Source: Saprolegnia diclina VS20 | Taxonomy: Eukaryota | Assembly (NCBI RefSeq): GCF_000281045.1 | Contig: NW_008246068.1 | Coordinates: 1,765,765 to 1,813,439, forward strand | Length of the DNA: 47,675 nt | Direction: 5' to 3' | Position numbers and translations under genes: made by a program | Part shown: positions 1-10,722 of the stretch, piece after piece | How the letters are laid out: each line of letters opens with the position of its first letter | Numbering within the stretch: position 1 is the first letter of the stretch | The notes under the pieces: generated by a model | Database searches by the model: none | What the model saw: only the letters and a program-made list of their open reading frames with translations | Told to the model about the DNA's origin: nothing

Positions 1-95
1 GGCTCCAGTGGCGTGGACGGTTTGGTTCGATAGGCATACGCCTGGGACTGCAGATGCTTCTCAAAGGCAGCTTCGTACAGAGTTACGGATGGCAT
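1..95 (-). CDS. 5' end of paralogue A of the tandem 2OG-Fe(II)-oxygenase-like family; runs off the left edge of the window
   Basis: The reverse complement from ATG at 95 reads MPSVTLYEAAFEKHLQSQAYAYRTKPSTPLE. This aligns with the N-termini MASAARYKAAFDKHLQAQSYVYRTELSVPLA (9822) and MEVTALYEDAFDKHLRSQAYVYRTQPS (3277). Not in the ORF track. Confidence 0.85.
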   Translation of the reverse strand, partial: MPSVTLYEAAFEKHLQSQAYAYRTKPSTPLE

Positions 96-543
96 TCTTT
101 GTTGTCGGCAAAGATTGATCAGAAGCACAGCGATCGAGAAATCTGACGTTGCGTTCGACTGGGAAACGTTCGATTGTTGTTTCGAATCAAGGTAGATTCA
201 TTAATTAAAGAAGTACAGAAGACTAGAACACAAAAAATCAGAGGAATAGAAGCTAGAAGGATGGAGCATTTGCGGGCGCAGGCTGATGGCACAGTGTGAA
301 TCCCATCTTACATTCTGCATCGTAGATTTAGAGCGCTCCCTGCCTCTCTACCTACGCATGCTTGACTCCTCTCCACGTGCTCGGTGTCTCAGTTACGAAA
401 ATACGCGAGCCAGAGCTTAGACGTTGTTTTTGCAGCAATCAATCGCTAGAGGGCTGAAGGGGGCGTTGTGAGCACTCAACCTCTAGCGCACAGGCTTAGG
501 CCATTATGTCAGCCTAACGTAGGAGTGTAGGAGGGTAGTCAGC

Positions 544-3277
544 CTAACGTGGAACCAGCAATATGATCGGCTGCACAGAGTGTGTTACATATATATCGTC
601 AATACACTGCATCGATATTATCTTGGATGCGTCGCTTCGAACCCTAACCGCAGGAAAAGGTCGGCCACGGGCTCCCACCTGTGAGAGGGTACGTACCGAC
701 GCTCGTGGTGCGAGGTCTGACAGCAACGCAGTGAGCTGCTTGACGCACAGCATATCCTCCCAAGACCCGGCTTCGTGACGCACGTTTGCTGCTGGATTAA
801 CAGGTGGCTTTCGCCGCCTAAAATGCACAATGTAGCCGTCGTCGTCCAACTCGAGTGTGAGCTCCTGCGGGTGACGCGCTGCAATCTCGTCGATCACGCC
901 GCAGAGGACGAACGCGTGGAGCCTCTCGGTCTCGGTGCGTGCACGAAGGTGGGACGCAAAGGCAGCGCACTGGTCACAGTGCGTCGCGTCGATGTCCATG
1001 TCAGCGACAGCAGCGTCGTTCAATGGCGGGAGCGCGCCGCCGCCGACCAAAGCTGCCCGGCACTCGGTGGCCAAGTACACGAGCAGCGCGCGGTAGCGCT
1101 CGTCGTGGGACTAGTGTTTTAACAGCTCGACGAGGGGGTAGAACACGTCGCGGACGGTGTCGAGTGTCTGGGGTAGCACCGAGCGCCACTTGACCGCGCC
1201 CTGCAGCGCCGCTTCGGGCGACAGAATCGCAAGGGCACTGAGAAAGACGGCCAACGTGTGCACGGACGGAAGCTTCTTGCTCAAGCTTTTGCATCGCTCC
1301 CACTGGACTGTTGGCGTCAAGCCGAGCAGAAAGCTTGCCACGAGCGCCGCCGTTGCGACCGGTAGAGGCATGCGCTCGGCGAACATGAAGATGCCAAGTA
1401 TGACGTCGTGAGCGTTATGGGACAAGGCTGGACACGTTGAGAGAAGCGTCGCGTCGACGCCGTTGGCGACCTCGAGGTACTGCAGCAGCAATTTCATCAG
1501 CGCATAACCACCCAGGCATCAACTTGACGTTCGCCAAAGCTGCGGTGATTGCGGCAATGTACGGAGCTTGGTGGAGCGATGGTTGGCACTCGATGGCCGC
1601 CAGTAAGGCCTCGGGAAGATCCTGGAGCCGGTTCCTTCGCGTTGGAGCCTCAAAGAGCTCCAAGGGCCAGCCGGCGACGCGCGAATACACAAAGCTGTCG
1701 ACAACCAAGAGCAGCGACGCCGGTAGCCACTTGCCGAGGTAGTTGTCGTTGGGGCGGGTCGGCAGCACACTGTCAAAGTACCAATCCAAGAGAATGCAGT
1801 GCTCTTTCGGAGCCCAACCCGGCCGAAAATTGGGCTCCATGAGAAGAGTCTGCCAGCACGCTTTGAGAAACTCGCCAATATATGGCTGGTGCAACGGCGG
1901 ACACACAGCGTCGCTCTCCGAAGTGAGACCCGCCANNNNNNNNNNNNNNNNNNNNNNNNNNNNNNNNNNNNNNNNNNNNNNNNNNNNNNNNNNNNNNNNN
2001 NNNNNNNNNNNNNNNNNNNNNNNNNNNNNNNNNNNNNNNNNNNNNNNNNNNNNNNNNNNNNNNNNNNNNNNNNNNNNNNNNNNNNNNNNNNNNNNNNNNN
2101 NNNNNNNNNNNNNNNNNNNNNNNNNNNNNNNNNNNNNNNNNNNNNNNNNNNNNNNNNNNNNNNNNNNNNNNNNNNNNNNNNNNNNNNNNNNNNNNNNNNN
2201 NNNNNNNNNNNNNNNNNNNNNNNNNNNNNNNNNNNNNNNNNNNNNNNNNNNNNNNNNNNNNNNNNNNNNNNNNNNNNNNNNNNNNNNNNNNNNNNNNNNN
2301 NNNNNNNNNNNNNNNNNNNNNNNNNNNNNNNNNNNNNNNNNNNNNNNNNNNNNNNNNNNNNNNNNNNNNNNNNNNNNNNNNNNNNNNNNNNNNNNNNNNN
2401 NNNNNNNNNNNNNNNNNNNNNNNNNNNNNNNNNNNNNNNNNNNNNNNNNNNNNNNNNNNNNNNNNNNNNNNNNNNNNNNNNNNNNNNNNNNNNNNNNNNN
2501 NNNNNNNNNNNNNNNNNNNNNNNNNNNNNNNNNNNNNNNNNNNNNNNNNNNNNNNNNNNNNNNNNNNNNNNNNNNNNNNNNNNNNNNNNNNNNNNNNNNN
2601 NNNNNNNNNNNNNNNNNNNNNNNNNNNNNNNNNNNNNNNNNNNNNNNNNNNNNNNNNNNNNNNNNNNNNNNNNNNNNNNNNNNNNNNNNNNNNNNNNNNN
2701 NNNNNNNNNNNNNNNNNNNNNNNNNNNNNNNNNNNNNNNNNNNNNNNNNNNNNNNNNNNNNNNNNNNNNNNNNNNNNNNNNNNNNNNNNNNNNNNNNNNN
2801 CTGCACGCCTTCCCGCGACGCTGTCAACACCTGCGTGTCGGTGCCGTTGGTGAACGTCAGCTCACCACCCTCGTACGTTGACGGCAAAGAGACGAGAAGC
2901 GTCCCGACGACATGCGGGATCTCGGGCGTCGGCGCCAGCGTCGTCTCGGCAGAGTCGACGCAGAGATGCGACAAGACGATACAGACATCGCAGTTGACGT
3001 AGAGCGATCGCTGCAGGGCCGGAAGAGCGGTTTGCTTGAGGTACTTGCTCCATTTCACCGCGTTGAGGATCGAGAGCTTGTCCGCAGGAACCTTCTTGGT
3101 GTACATCGCCGTGAGCTGCTGCTCTTGTGTCGATGTCCACGGGTGTGCGAGGGGACCGTCGACGCCGTCCAGAGCAAGGGTTGGCGCCACTCGAAACGAC
3201 GGTTGGGTGCGATAGACATACGCCTGAGATCGGAGATGCTTGTCAAAGGCGTCTTCGTAGAGAGCTGTGACTTCCAT
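544..3277 (-). pseudogene. Paralogue B of the tandem family, disrupted; middle lies in an N gap
   Basis: Homology to 7150..9822 is split over ORFs 1415..3277, 1111..1497 and 544..1080. There is a 5-nt deletion near 1490 (ATTGCTGCTGCAG vs ACTGCGACGCTGCTGCAG in copy C) and an in-frame TAG at 1111-1113 (LLKH*SHDERYRALLVYLATEC). Confidence 0.75.
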
Positions 3278-3621
3278 ATGTCGGTGTAGAGTGGTCTAAA
3301 ACACCAAAAGGTGCAGCGTTCTGGCGGTTCATTTTCGATAAATTGGGATGGGTAACGTTCCAATTTTGGTTGTGACCAAGCGCATGTGGTGCTTTCAGGC
3401 GTGGTAAGCAGTGAATTTTGCCGTCCCGATAGACACGATGAGTCGACAGTAGGCTAGTTAGTCATTTGCATTTAGTCCTGTTGTTGCTAACCCGCCTCGC
3501 CACTCCCAATGGTCAGCAGTCAGGCGAGTCGTCTACCGGTATTGCCCCACTCGAACATTGAGCATGGTGGAATTCCCTCGTTATTAGGTCTCAACAAAGC
3601 TCGACCAGCACAAATTCATAG

Positions 3622-5982
3622 TCAAATTACGCATCTTCCATGCGTCGCTTCGAGCCCTAACCACAGGAATGAGACTGAGCTGCATTGTGCTTTGGATGGT
3701 TGTGCGGGACGTACCGAGACTTTAGGCGCGAGGTCGGCGAGCAGCGCCGTGAGTTTCTTGACACGCTGCTCGTCCTGGCGGCGCTCGTCTTCGCGACGCA
3801 GATGCGCTGCTGCGTCGTCCGCTGACGCCATGCCGGGCCACGTCTGCTTGCGCAGCTCCAGGTACGACGAATAGCCATTGTCCTGGCGGGTCAAGATGAG
3901 CCGGTGCGGGTGCCGGGCGACAACGGCCTTGATCTTGCTGCAGTCGGAGTTGCAGTAGATCATTGCGGTAGCGTTGCCCGTGCAAAGGAAGCGGACAAAG
4001 GCAACGCACTGGTCGCAGTGTGTCGCGTCCATATCAATGGCATCGGCGATAGCGTAGTCCTTAAAGGCAGGCAGCGGAGCGAGCGCGCCGCCATCGACCA
4101 AAGTTGCCCGGCACTCGGTGGCCAAGTACGCGAGCAGCTCACGGAAGCGGACATCCGACTCCTGGCGCTGTAGCTTCTCGACTAAGGGGTAGAGGATGTC
4201 ACGGACGGCGTCGAGTGTCGGAGGTAGCCCCGAGCGCCAGGCGGCCGCGCACTGCAGCGCCGCTTCAGGCGAAAGCATCGCGAGGGCACTGATAAGATCG
4301 GCGAGTGCGTCAATCATTGGGACATTGTTGCCAGAATAATCGCGGCGCGTGCACGGAACCGTCGGCGCCAAATCGAGCAGAAAGCGCATCATAAGAGCCG
4401 CAGTTGCCGCCGGTGGAGGCGCGCGCTTGACGAACTCGAGGACGCCCCAAAGAAAGTTGCCGATACCACCTGACAAGGCTGGGCACATTGCTACGAGGTT
4501 TGCATCGACGCAGCCGACGACATCCAAGTACTGCAGCAGCGTCGCAGTCTCATGAGCGCTCAAAGAACCGCGCATGGCCTTGAGGCTCATGGCGGTCGTG
4601 ACCGCGGTGATGTACGGAGCTCGAGGTAGCGATGGCTGGCACTGAGTGGCCGCCAACAAGGCCCTGGGAAGATACCTCAATTGATCCCACGGCGGTAGAG
4701 CCGCTGAGAGCGCCGAGTGCGAGCCAACGACGCGCGTATACGCAAAGCTGTCGACAAGCAAGAGCAGCGGAGCTGGTAGCCACTTGCCGAGGTAGTTGTC
4801 GTTTGGGCGCGCCGGTAGCACAGCGTCAAAGTACCAATCCAAGAGAATTGAGTACTGGGTCGGGTGGGCACCCGGCCGGAAAGCGGGCTCCAGGACAGCT
4901 GCCTGCCAACAGGCCTTGAGAAACTCACCAGTGTACGGCTGGCGCAACGGCGGACACACGGCGTCACGCTCCGAGGGGAGGCCCGCCAAGCTAGCAAGTA
5001 GGGGGCAGATTGCACTGAAGCCTCCAAAATCTTTGGCTGCGCGCGCCAGAAGACTTTGGATTGAGGGCAGTAGCGTCGGCCAGCCAAAGGTGTCCAAGCT
5101 CTCGTAGATGCATCGCGCCGTGTTGGTTTTGTCAGAGATAGAAAGGGGCAGCGTATCCCGAAGGAAGCGCTTGACGAGCTCGACGTCCTTGTACTGGAGC
5201 AAGAGACGCCCCATCGCATCGGCATCGAGGGCCGTGCTCGTGTTGTCGTCGAATGTTGTGAGCGCACCGAGCACGAAGTCGTGAAGTCCGAGGCCGAGGT
5301 CGTCCAGCTTGCCGTCTTCGATGGCCGCTTTCAGCAGAGACACGACGCCCGACGGGCGTGCGATCGTGACGCGGAAGCGCTTGGGCCAAAAGAGAATCGC
5401 AGCCATGGGGCACTTGAGCCCGTAGTCGTCATCTACGCGCTTGCGGCCGAGGAAGTGGTGGGCGCTCTGGTCCAAGAGGCCCGGGACGACGACGTCGAGG
5501 GCGCTTCCCGATTCTCTGAACGGGATGCGGATGATTTCGTTTTCGTATAGCGCCGCGTCCGACGTCCAGTCGTATTCGTCGGCGTCATCGGAATCGTATA
5601 CGTCGCGATACGTCTTGAAGCCGACAAGCGTAACGTCGTAGCCGCCTGTGGCAGCAAGCACGCCGACGAGCGCCTTGTCGACGCGCCCAAGGCCCTCGAA
5701 CGAGAACGAGACCGAGTCCGCATCCATCGCGCGCGCAATGTGCCAAGCATCATCCGGTGGGTCTTGGGCGATCGTTGCAAAAGCTTCGATGACGTCATCT
5801 CGGGTCACTGGCGGCACCCACGACTGCGCGTCGCACGTCAAGGCGTACACAAGCGCCACGCGACGGCCGGATGTGATTGGCGCACTCGTGATCTTATTGA
5901 ATGAGGCAAAGAGCTGCACGCCTTCCCGCGACGCTGTCAACACCTGCGTGTCGGTGCCGTTGGTGAACGTCAGCTCACCACC
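3622..5982 (-). CDS. Paralogue C of the tandem family; N-terminus hidden in gap 5983-6447
   Basis: Open frame of at least 773 aa, colinear with 7150..9822 (SAPITSGRRVALVYAL, ILFWPKRFR, GWPTLLP, HCDQC). The roughly 410 nt of missing 5' coding sequence fits in the 465-N gap. Confidence 0.85.
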   Translation of the reverse strand, partial: GGELTFTNGTDTQVLTASREGVQLFASFNKITSAPITSGRRVALVYALTCDAQSWVPPVTRDDVIEAFATIAQDPPDDAWHIARAMDADSVSFSFEGLGRVDKALVGVLAATGGYDVTLVGFKTYRDVYDSDDADEYDWTSDAALYENEIIRIPFRESGSALDVVVPGLLDQSAHHFLGRKRVDDDYGLKCPMAAILFWPKRFRVTIARPSGVVSLLKAAIEDGKLDDLGLGLHDFVLGALTTFDDNTSTALDADAMGRLLLQYKDVELVKRFLRDTLPLSISDKTNTARCIYESLDTFGWPTLLPSIQSLLARAAKDFGGFSAICPLLASLAGLPSERDAVCPPLRQPYTGEFLKACWQAAVLEPAFRPGAHPTQYSILLDWYFDAVLPARPNDNYLGKWLPAPLLLLVDSFAYTRVVGSHSALSAALPPWDQLRYLPRALLAATQCQPSLPRAPYITAVTTAMSLKAMRGSLSAHETATLLQYLDVVGCVDANLVAMCPALSGGIGNFLWGVLEFVKRAPPPAATAALMMRFLLDLAPTVPCTRRDYSGNNVPMIDALADLISALAMLSPEAALQCAAAWRSGLPPTLDAVRDILYPLVEKLQRQESDVRFRELLAYLATECRATLVDGGALAPLPAFKDYAIADAIDMDATHCDQCVAFVRFLCTGNATAMIYCNSDCSKIKAVVARHPHRLILTRQDNGYSSYLELRKQTWPGMASADDAAAHLRREDERRQDEQRVKKLTALLADLAPKVSVRPAQPSKAQCSSVSFLWLGLEATHGRCVI

Positions 5983-7149
5983 NNNNNNNNNNNNNNNNNN
6001 NNNNNNNNNNNNNNNNNNNNNNNNNNNNNNNNNNNNNNNNNNNNNNNNNNNNNNNNNNNNNNNNNNNNNNNNNNNNNNNNNNNNNNNNNNNNNNNNNNNN
6101 NNNNNNNNNNNNNNNNNNNNNNNNNNNNNNNNNNNNNNNNNNNNNNNNNNNNNNNNNNNNNNNNNNNNNNNNNNNNNNNNNNNNNNNNNNNNNNNNNNNN
6201 NNNNNNNNNNNNNNNNNNNNNNNNNNNNNNNNNNNNNNNNNNNNNNNNNNNNNNNNNNNNNNNNNNNNNNNNNNNNNNNNNNNNNNNNNNNNNNNNNNNN
6301 NNNNNNNNNNNNNNNNNNNNNNNNNNNNNNNNNNNNNNNNNNNNNNNNNNNNNNNNNNNNNNNNNNNNNNNNNNNNNNNNNNNNNNNNNNNNNNNNNNNN
6401 NNNNNNNNNNNNNNNNNNNNNNNNNNNNNNNNNNNNNNNNNNNNNNNTGCAGTTCTGGCGCCCTTGCGCAGTCTGCCACCGAGGCCGTGCCATTGGCTAA
6501 ATTGCGCTCGATTTTGCAGCCAATTTACAACATTTCGACCAATGGCACATCACCGTTCCCGCACACTATTTATCGTAAAGTGCGAATTGAATGGAGCTCT
6601 TTATTAAGTACGCTGCATACGGAGGGCGGTGGAACGCACCTACTGGGGTGCAGGTTTGAAGCGAACGGTTTCAGACGAGCTTGCGTCGAGAGGCAACATA
6701 ATATGTTACTCTTCCTATGTTATAGGAAGAGTGTCGGACCAATATTTGTCAGGCTGCAGTGCAGGCACATGGTTGGAGGAGATTGTGTGGCTGGCTGGAC
6801 GACTATGACGCGTTCGTTTTCGGATATTGTAGCTCGATGAAGGTCATCGCGTCATTGTTGCCCATAGTCGGTGCTGACATATTTACATTCAAGAAATTGA
6901 CTGTGAACACTGAAGCACAAGCATATCTACGAACAAACCGCACGGTTTCTTTATGGAAATCTCGAACGAGCAACTCGTCCCTCGTCAACACATCCGTTAA
7001 CATCGAGTCCACGTCGAAGACTATATAACGTATTTGGGTTACTAGTACACGTAAATAATGACAACGTGTCACATCGTATACAGGTTGTCATGCAGTCTGA
7101 ATACGGCGTTTTTTCTTGGAGCCCTACCATGCAGCATAGGGTCAATAAC

Positions 7150-9822
7150 TCATCCTAGCGGAATGGTTGATACCGAAGTGTTGCGCGTGAGGGCTGACAG
7201 CAGCGCATTGAGCTGCTTGACGCGCTGCATGTCGTTCCAACGCACGTCCTCGCGACGCGCGTGTACTTCGGCCGCGTCTTTGGACGCCATACCAGACTGT
7301 GTTTGCTTCTCCAGTATAAAGTAGTCGCCTTCGCCGTCGTAGTAGGAGTCGAGTTCGAGCTGGTCCGGGTAACGCATGACGGCGAGTTTGATCTCGACGC
7401 AGAGAGTCATTTCAATCGTCATCGCAGTGTCGTTGCCGGTGCGGAGAAAGCTGCAAACGTCAGCGCAATTGTCGCAGTGCGCTGCGTCGAGTTCAATGTT
7501 CGTGATTGCATAGTCGTTGAAAGCAGGGAGCGGGGCAAGAGCATCGCCGCTAACCAAAGCGTCCAGGCACTCGGTGGCCAAGTACTTGAGCAACGCATGA
7601 AAGCGCGCACCCGATGCCTGAGATTGTAGCGTCTCGACTAGCGGGTACAGCTCGTCGCGGGCGGCGTCGAGAGTTGCTGGTAGCGCCGAGCGCCATTCGG
7701 CCGCACAGTCCAGCGCCGCTTCGGGCGACACGAACACAAGGGCCCGAAGAAGATCGGCGACTGAGCTTGTGAGGCTACTGTCGGCGCTGTTGCGGTGTGG
7801 GTATTTGAGCGTTCGGGCGGATTCGAGCAGAAAGCTTGTCACAAGAGCACCCGTTGCCGTCGATAGAGGCGCGCGCTTGACGAACATCAGAATGGCCGAG
7901 ACGTTTTCCGTGAGGTTCCGGGAGGAGGCTCGGCACGCCGTTAAGAGCTTTGCATCGAAACAACCTACGACCTCCATGTACTGCAGCAAGGTCGCAATAT
8001 CATCCGCGTACAAATAACCGCCCTTCGACTGCGCCGTCAATGCCATTGTGATGGCGGCAGTGTACGGCGCCTGATGTAGCGATGGCTGGAGCCGAGTGAC
8101 CGCCAGCAAGGCCCTTGGAAGATACTTCAATCGGTGCCATGTCGACGGAGCCGCCAAGAGCGCTGCAGGCGAGCCGACGCGGCGCGAATACACAAAGCTG
8201 TCGACGACCAGGAGCAGCGGAGGTGTTAGCCACTGGCCGAGGTAGTTGTCGCCCGGACGCGTCGGCAGCACATCGTCAAAGTACCAATCCAACAAAATGC
8301 AGTGCTCGGTCGGGGTCCAACCCGGCCAAAAATTGGGCTCCACGAGAAGAGTCTGCCAGCACGCTTTGAGAAACTCGCCAATATATGGCTGCTGCAACGG
8401 CGGACACACAGCGTCGCTCTCCGAAGTGAGACCCGCCAAGCTGGCAAGGAGGTGGCAGATCGCGTTGGCGTCGCCCTCGTTGGCCGCCCGCGCAAGGAAG
8501 CCCTCGATCGCAGGCAGCAGCGTCGGCCAGCCAAACGTTTCCAAGCTCGTATAGATGCACTGAGCGGGTCTGGTGTCTTGGGAAGACGAAATACACAGCG
8601 TGTCACGAATGAAGCGCTGAAGCAGCTCAACGTCTTCGTACTGGAGCAAGAGATGGAACATGGCGATCTTCTCGTCATCATTGGTCCGACCAATGACGTT
8701 GTCGAATGTCGTGAGCGCGCCAATCATACAGTCGTGGAGTCCGAGGCCGAGGTCGTCGAGCTGGCCATGGTCAAAGGCCGCTCTTAGCAAAGACACAGCG
8801 CCCGACGGACCCACAATCGTGACACGGAACCGCTTGGGCCAGAAGAGGATCGCGGTCTTCGGACGCACGGTCTCGTCGCTGCCTATGCCCTTGCTGTCGA
8901 CGAAGTGTTCGACAGTCGTGGCATAGAGACCAGAGAGAACGGTCCTCGGCACATTCCACGCTTCGTGGCTCATGTAGTCCGTGACTCGGGTATCAAAGTG
9001 CACCCAATGGCCGTCGGCATCCTCGAACGCGTACCAGTATGACGCATACTGTTCCAAGCCAACGAGCGCAACGTCGTAGCCGCCCGTTGCCACGAGCACA
9101 TCGACGAGAGTCTTGTCGATGCGCTCGAGCAGGTAAGTCGACAGCATTTGCATTCTGGTCCCAAGCGCAATGCAAGGGATATCACTCGGTGGGTCGTTGG
9201 CGATCGCTGCAAAAGCTTCGATGACGTCATCCCGGGTCACCGGCGGCTCCCACGACTGCGCGTCGCACGTCAAGGCGTACACAAGCACCACGCGACGGCC
9301 GGATGTGATTGGCGCGCTCGTGATCTTATTGAACGAGGCAAAGAGCTGCACGCCTTCCCGCGACGCTGTCAACACCTGCGTGTCGGTGCCGTTGGTGAAC
9401 GTCAGCTCACCACCCTCGTATGTTGACGGCAAAGAGACCACAAGCGTCCCGACGACATGCGGGATCTCGGGCGTCGGCGCCAGCGTCGTTCCGACAGAGT
9501 CGATGCAGAGATGCGACAAGACCACACGGACAGGGCTATTGACGTAGAGCGATCGCTGGAGGGCTGGAAGAATCTTCATATCGAGGTACGTCTCCCACGT
9601 CTCCATCTCAAGCATCGCGATCTTGGCTGCGGGAATGATACTGGTGTAAAGTGCTGTGAGCTGCTGCTCTTGCGTCGAAGTCCATGGCCAGGCGAGAGGA
9701 CCGTCGACGCCGTCCAGAGCAAATGCTGGCGCCAATGGCACGGACAGCTCGGTGCGATACACATACGACTGGGCCTGAAGATGTTTGTCAAAGGCAGCCT
9801 TGTATCGAGCAGCGGATGCCAT
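7150..9822 (-). CDS. Paralogue D, 890 aa, single exon: degenerate 2OG-Fe(II)/P4Hc-like N-terminal domain, helical body, C-terminal HCxxC motif
   Basis: Intact ORF. VVGTLVVSLPSTYEGGELTF...ITSGRRVVLVYAL resembles the GTLVxxLPSxxEGGxL...VTSGxRxxLxYxL core of prolyl-4-hydroxylase-like 2OG oxygenases. Confidence 0.88.
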   Translation of the reverse strand: MASAARYKAAFDKHLQAQSYVYRTELSVPLAPAFALDGVDGPLAWPWTSTQEQQLTALYTSIIPAAKIAMLEMETWETYLDMKILPALQRSLYVNSPVRVVLSHLCIDSVGTTLAPTPEIPHVVGTLVVSLPSTYEGGELTFTNGTDTQVLTASREGVQLFASFNKITSAPITSGRRVVLVYALTCDAQSWEPPVTRDDVIEAFAAIANDPPSDIPCIALGTRMQMLSTYLLERIDKTLVDVLVATGGYDVALVGLEQYASYWYAFEDADGHWVHFDTRVTDYMSHEAWNVPRTVLSGLYATTVEHFVDSKGIGSDETVRPKTAILFWPKRFRVTIVGPSGAVSLLRAAFDHGQLDDLGLGLHDCMIGALTTFDNVIGRTNDDEKIAMFHLLLQYEDVELLQRFIRDTLCISSSQDTRPAQCIYTSLETFGWPTLLPAIEGFLARAANEGDANAICHLLASLAGLTSESDAVCPPLQQPYIGEFLKACWQTLLVEPNFWPGWTPTEHCILLDWYFDDVLPTRPGDNYLGQWLTPPLLLVVDSFVYSRRVGSPAALLAAPSTWHRLKYLPRALLAVTRLQPSLHQAPYTAAITMALTAQSKGGYLYADDIATLLQYMEVVGCFDAKLLTACRASSRNLTENVSAILMFVKRAPLSTATGALVTSFLLESARTLKYPHRNSADSSLTSSVADLLRALVFVSPEAALDCAAEWRSALPATLDAARDELYPLVETLQSQASGARFHALLKYLATECLDALVSGDALAPLPAFNDYAITNIELDAAHCDNCADVCSFLRTGNDTAMTIEMTLCVEIKLAVMRYPDQLELDSYYDGEGDYFILEKQTQSGMASKDAAEVHARREDVRWNDMQRVKQLNALLSALTRNTSVSTIPLG

Positions 9823-10176
9823 CGATGTCGGGGGTGGTGAGCAAGCCGAAGATGAGCCACTAGGACGCTATAGCGCGCGTAAACGTTTCGATTCTGGTTG
9901 AAGATGCGAATAGCTTCCGTTGAGAATAGCGTTGGAGGCAAAGCATCTGGATCAATGCGCTGCATACTAGTACAGTACCCCTCACCAACATGGAGGCTAG
10001 AGATTCTCTGGGGTCATAAATCACTTCTGCGTCTCAGCCAATCAACCAGCCACGGGGCTTTGTGCTGTAGCCACCCAAACCCCCTCGGACCAACAGCTTC
10101 GGCCAGCACCACCAAATATACCCAAGGAGAATAAGGGAAAACTTACAATTGTTAAATACGTGGAGATATATAGACA

Positions 10177-10722
10177 CTAATATGGTGCGCTCCGGTGCTT
10201 CTTCTTGGAGCAGTGCACGTCGCAGAGGTTGTCGTTGCGCTCGTACGCTGGCCGTTGGCAGCCATCGGCGCGGCAGCGCTTGCCACCACCGTGCGCCCAG
10301 CAGAGACCGTGGCGCAGCGCCGTTTTTGTGCAGCCGGCCTCGCCGCACTGCTTGCCGCCGCCGTGGGACCAGCACACGCCGTATGTCTTGGAGCGGTTGG
10401 AGCAGTTGGGGAACGAACACGTCTTGGAGCCGCCGTGCTTCCAGCAGAGGCCGTTGGTCTTGGCGCCGCTCGGGCAGTCGGCGACGCTGCAGCGCTTGCC
10501 GCCGCCGTGCGCGATGCAGTGACCGCGCGTCACGGCGAACTTGGTGCAGCCGGCGTGCTTGCACGGGCGCGAGCGCGGCGCGGGCGGCGACCGCGTCTTG
10601 GCCATGAGCGGGCTCACGCGCGGACTGCGCAGGCCCATCGTGCTCGTCTCGGGGCTCTGCGGGCAGCTCGACGGCGGGGCAAAGTCGTGCACGAGGAAGG
10701 CGAGCGAGAGCTTGGACGCCAT
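10177..10722 (-). CDS. Cys/His repeat zinc-finger protein (WRKY19-like C-x4-C...C-x2-HGG repeats), 181 aa
   Basis: About five ~24-aa repeats, e.g. CKHAGCTKFAVTRGHCIAHGGGKR and CGEAGCTKTALRHGLCWAHGGGKR. N-terminal KLSLAFL motif. No WRKYGQK motif. Confidence 0.9.
   Translation of the reverse strand: MASKLSLAFLVHDFAPPSSCPQSPETSTMGLRSPRVSPLMAKTRSPPAPRSRPCKHAGCTKFAVTRGHCIAHGGGKRCSVADCPSGAKTNGLCWKHGGSKTCSFPNCSNRSKTYGVCWSHGGGKQCGEAGCTKTALRHGLCWAHGGGKRCRADGCQRPAYERNDNLCDVHCSKKKHRSAPY

Noticed and set aside
1743..6607. ORFs spanning X runs (1743..3002, 1799..2881, 5648..6607, 5970..6479, 5975..6493)
   Set aside because: Their length comes from reading through N gaps.
6448..7149. Short ORFs between paralogues C and D (6487..6840, 6759..7028)
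   Set aside because: No recognisable motifs, composition unlike the real genes, and no convincing splice path.
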